A stretch of 10,832 bases of DNA from Candidatus Heimdallarchaeota archaeon (GTDB taxonomy: Archaea > Asgardarchaeota > Heimdallarchaeia > JABLTI01): positions 1 through 10,832 of the forward strand of contig DXJV01000041.1 in NCBI GenBank assembly GCA_019056785.1, given 5' to 3'. How positions within the stretch are numbered: the first letter of the stretch is position 1; every line of letters begins with the position of its first letter. The notes under the pieces were generated by a model, which made no database searches, was not told the origin of the DNA, and worked only from the letters and a program-made list of their open reading frames with translations. This document shows positions 8,141 through 10,832 of the stretch, piece after piece. Both the position numbers and the translations under genes were made by a program.

Positions 8141-8429
8141 GTCAAAGATAAAGGATAGTAGAGAGATAAGAAGAATCAAGTATTCTTTTAAGGAGATAGA
8201 AAATAAGGTCTAGCAATTATTGTTCGCTTCTAGAAGATGCGAGCTGAACTACAAAACCCAGAAAGCATCTGCTTGAAAAGCATTGTATTAAAGAGAGAGC
8301 TTGTCTTCTGACCTCAAGTTATCTTTATGAGAAGTCCTTTCTTCTATGGTAAAACAACATCGCTACCAGTTATATTATAGCCCTCTCTTTTTTTAGACCC
8401 TCTTTAAAAACAACAAATATATCTTTGAC
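8141..8429. repeat. 289-bp non-coding segment bounded by a perfect 10-bp inverted repeat (possible MITE-like element)
   Basis: gtcaaagata (8141-8150) / tatctttgac (8420-8429); no clear target-site duplication. Confidence 0.25.
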
Positions 8430-8460
8430 GATACTCCCGGGTGTTGATAAGAGTGTTATT

Positions 8461-8491
8461 AAAAAAGGCTTGTAGGGCGGCAAGCACCCTA
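8461..8491 (-). terminator. Hairpin + U-tract terminator for the 10187->8498 genes
   Basis: The minus-strand RNA UAGGGUG-CUUGC-CGCCCUA forms a 7-bp stem (one G-U pair), followed by CAAGCC-UUUUUU. It begins 6 nt after the stop at 8498. Confidence 0.6.
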
Positions 8492-8497
8492 ATCTGT

Positions 8498-8983
8498 TTA
8501 AACAATAAACGCATATAAAATAACCTGTGAAGTAATAAAAACAAGCAGTCCTAATAGAGCTAAGCTGTCCACGAAAATTTTTTTAGCTTTGGTTCGTGGT
8601 TTAGTCGGTTTTAGGCGTTCGTTGTTAATTGTCACTAAATGCTCTTTGAAGTTACTATCATTTCTCAATTCAAAAAATGGAACAGCAAATGCTATTATCA
8701 TGGCAATAAGCCAAAGTAAAAGACAAACCATAACAAGAATCTTGTATGGTAAACCTAATGGCGTTGTTGCTATTCTCTCGGCAAGAACTGTAGAAACTGT
8801 CATGGGAAAAATCAAGCCAAAATACAAGACTCCTAGAAATACCACTACCGCAAGAAAAGCAGTAAGTAATAAAGTAAACCTTGCTTTTTCGTATTCCTGT
8901 ATGATGATATCTGTTCCAGAATTTTCATTGTCTTTGATTATTTCATCCACTCTCCAAAATGATAAATGTATGAGGGCTATCAT
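8498..8983 (-). CDS. Small 3-TM membrane protein, hypothetical (candidate immunity protein); start uncertain
   Basis: Three hydrophobic segments (FTLLLTAFLAVVVFLGVLYFGLIF, ILVMVCLLLWLIAMIIAFAVPFF, IFVDSLALLGLLVFITSQVILYAFIV); the 5' end overlaps the stop of 8943..10187. Confidence 0.7.
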   Translation of the reverse strand: MIALIHLSFWRVDEIIKDNENSGTDIIIQEYEKARFTLLLTAFLAVVVFLGVLYFGLIFPMTVSTVLAERIATTPLGLPYKILVMVCLLLWLIAMIIAFAVPFFELRNDSNFKEHLVTINNERLKPTKPRTKAKKIFVDSLALLGLLVFITSQVILYAFIV

Positions 8984-10187
8984 CTATCAATGCAATTACT
9001 AAGATAACTATACAGATGATATAGATTACTAGACCTATACTAATTAATAAGCTGCCACTTAGTGGAATGCCAAAAACTGTAGCAAATACAACTTCTGAGC
9101 CATATTTTAATGTTGCAGCAATACCACCAGCAAAGAAAGCCGAACCAATAGTAGCTAACACACCAGCAGCCTTGATTAGATCGCTTGGATTAACACTTTC
9201 TGTACCCAAAGCTTCAACAAAGTTTTCAATGCTTAGCTCAAATGTAGGATCATTGGGGTGTTTGTAAGTATCATCTGCAATAAAATCGTAGGCTCTTATA
9301 ATAAGGTCACCATTAACTTCTTTTGAAAAGGCTCTGCATTTAAATTCATGGTATTCGTAAGATGTTTCAACTTCAGTTATCAAGCCAAATAAATAAGTCC
9401 TAACATATCTCACTGTAAAATCCCCTGAACCTACAATGAAAATGACCGCCTTTTGAAATGTTGCAAGATAATCATTAGCCATTTTAATAGCTGATGCACT
9501 TTTCAAATTCCAAGTAGTATAGACACCAGTAAGATGGTGGTATGCATATGCATAAAAAGCATCATTGAAAAAGTTTGTCTCGACAAAATCAGAAGGACCA
9601 GTCTGACCAGGATCTAAGTCAAACAGGTATAGGTTTTGCACTGGAAGATATGCATTCTTTTGATGCCACCCTAAAAAGTTACATAAGTCATTTATGGCTG
9701 TAAGAAGATCGATTCTAGTGCGATATTTGAGTTGATAAGGGGTAGTCAAGTCTATCTCTGCAGAATAACAAGCAAGTAACGCAACTAATTCTTTCTCCTC
9801 AGCGAACATTTGTATGTTCTCTTCAGAAAAATCGCCAATAAAATATTGACCCTTTGAATTATAGTACCCATGCCCAATGATAATAAGTGCGTTTTTACCC
9901 TCAAATAATAACGATGCGGAGTAGGAGATAGCTGTAATCTTAAAACTATTATATGTTGCTTCAGAGAAGAGGTAGTCACTTATTCCTTTAAGTAATTGAT
10001 AATCTAGTTCAAATGTGTCTACTTTGTGATGTATCCTTTCCTCTACAATGGCGACCGGTTGCATAATACTCTGACTATTGGAAGAAACAGTGGAACAAAC
10101 AATTTGAACATTAGCAATAGTAGCTCCTAAGAAGATTAAGGAGAGGAAAGAAAACATCCCTATCTTTTCCATTTTCATCTTTTCCAT
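8943..10187 (-). CDS. Secreted protein with a putative clan CD (caspase/gingipain-fold) peptidase domain and a hydrophobic C-terminal domain
   Basis: N-terminal signal-like segment; ALIIIGHG (His106, 9870-9872) and LVALLACYS (Cys140, 9768-9770); Gly/Ala-rich hydrophobic helices in the last ~75 aa. Confidence 0.7.
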   Translation of the reverse strand: MEKMKMEKIGMFSFLSLIFLGATIANVQIVCSTVSSNSQSIMQPVAIVEERIHHKVDTFELDYQLLKGISDYLFSEATYNSFKITAISYSASLLFEGKNALIIIGHGYYNSKGQYFIGDFSEENIQMFAEEKELVALLACYSAEIDLTTPYQLKYRTRIDLLTAINDLCNFLGWHQKNAYLPVQNLYLFDLDPGQTGPSDFVETNFFNDAFYAYAYHHLTGVYTTWNLKSASAIKMANDYLATFQKAVIFIVGSGDFTVRYVRTYLFGLITEVETSYEYHEFKCRAFSKEVNGDLIIRAYDFIADDTYKHPNDPTFELSIENFVEALGTESVNPSDLIKAAGVLATIGSAFFAGGIAATLKYGSEVVFATVFGIPLSGSLLISIGLVIYIICIVILVIALIDDSPHTFIILESG

Positions 10188-10329
10188 TTAGTTAAAGAAG
10201 AGTTGACTAAATGGTAAAAAAAGAGTAATTTCATTTCTTATTTAATTTTTTTTTAGAAACAAAGCTTTGAGTTAGCAAATGTTTTTAGATGTGATGGATT
10301 TTTTCAAGTTGTGGTGAAATTATATCCTC

Positions 10330-10353
10330 TCTAAAAGTAAATTTGCTTCTAGA
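10330..10353. promoter_or_regulatory. Imperfect 24-bp palindrome in the divergent intergenic region
   Basis: tctaaaagtaaa|tttgcttctaga; 10 of 12 positions are complementary. Confidence 0.3.
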
Positions 10354-10624
10354 TTTTTCAAGGTAAGAAAAAATTTCTTTCGCTTAAAAAAACATCTCTC
10401 ATTTGCAATACAAATAGGCAATATAGGTAAAAAAACTTAATTTTAGTGTTAAGAAATAAATAAACTTTTTACACAAAATACTTTGTCTTTTTATAATAAA
10501 ATTTTTTCAAAAAGTCAAATGCTCGTTTAAAAACACTTCAATCGCAAGTCTTTTATGTGGGTCGTAATGCTGAAAAAATGAAATAAAAAAAGAAAAAATG
10601 GAACGAAAAATTGGTGATAAAAAA

Positions 10625-10832
10625 TTGGCAAAGAAATACGTCTACTCCTTCGAAGAAGGATCAGCAAAAATGAAGGACCTCCTGGGAGGAAAGGGAGCAA
10701 ATCTGGCAGAAATGACAGGATTAGGCATCCCGGTGCCACCAGGGTTCACGATAACAACATAAGCATGTATAGAATACCTGAAAAACAATAACACATTCCC
10801 AAAGGGAATGATGGAAGAAGTGGAAAAAGCCC
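10625..10832 (+). pseudogene. ppdK: Pyruvate, phosphate dikinase N-terminus (runs off the window), with an in-frame TAA at codon 46
   Basis: TTG start after a GGTGA RBS (10613-10617): [50 protein letters not shown].. The stop (10760-10762) replaces the Glu of the usual FTITTEAC. This gene is absent from the ORF track. Confidence 0.93.

Noticed and set aside
10162-10189. 13-bp direct repeat with 15-nt period giving MEKMKMEKI
   Set aside because: Only two copies; a small duplication that makes the start codon ambiguous, with no evidence of function.
10527-10739. 70-aa minus-strand ORF
   Set aside because: Antisense to ppdK and its A-rich leader.
10760-10762. TAA reassigned to Glu (alternative genetic code)
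   Set aside because: TAA terminates several genuine genes here (3599-3601, luxC, luxE, 8498).
1-10832. CRISPR array, tRNA/rRNA, transposase or integrase
   Set aside because: No regularly spaced repeats, RNA-gene signatures or recombinase motifs were seen.

Overview
Archaeal DNA, most consistent with an Asgard (Heimdall/Loki-type) archaeon. This is inferred from a longin-like protein, a PGF-type C-terminal sorting signal and GGTGA/GAGG ribosome-binding sites. Left to right: an Stf3-like sulfotransferase split by a 1-nt frameshift; a longin-like/winged-helix protein and an adjacent SAM methyltransferase; an RHH-antitoxin/PIN (VapC) pair with a palindromic operator; a minus-strand luxE-luxC fatty-acid reductase pair (luxC frameshifted just before its catalytic Cys, luxE lacking its 5' end); a head-to-head junction at ~6.9 kb with a 5'-truncated HExxHxxGxxD zinc protease, followed by a PGF-CTERM surface protein; a convergent minus-strand pair of a secreted 414-aa protein (caspase/gingipain-type His-Cys motifs, hydrophobic Gly/Ala-rich C-terminus) and a 3-TM protein, a candidate self-processing toxin/immunity module; and the start of ppdK with an in-frame TAA. 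The two homopolymer frameshifts, the nonsense codon and the junction may all be read or assembly errors. All calls come from motif recognition by eye; no database searches were run.
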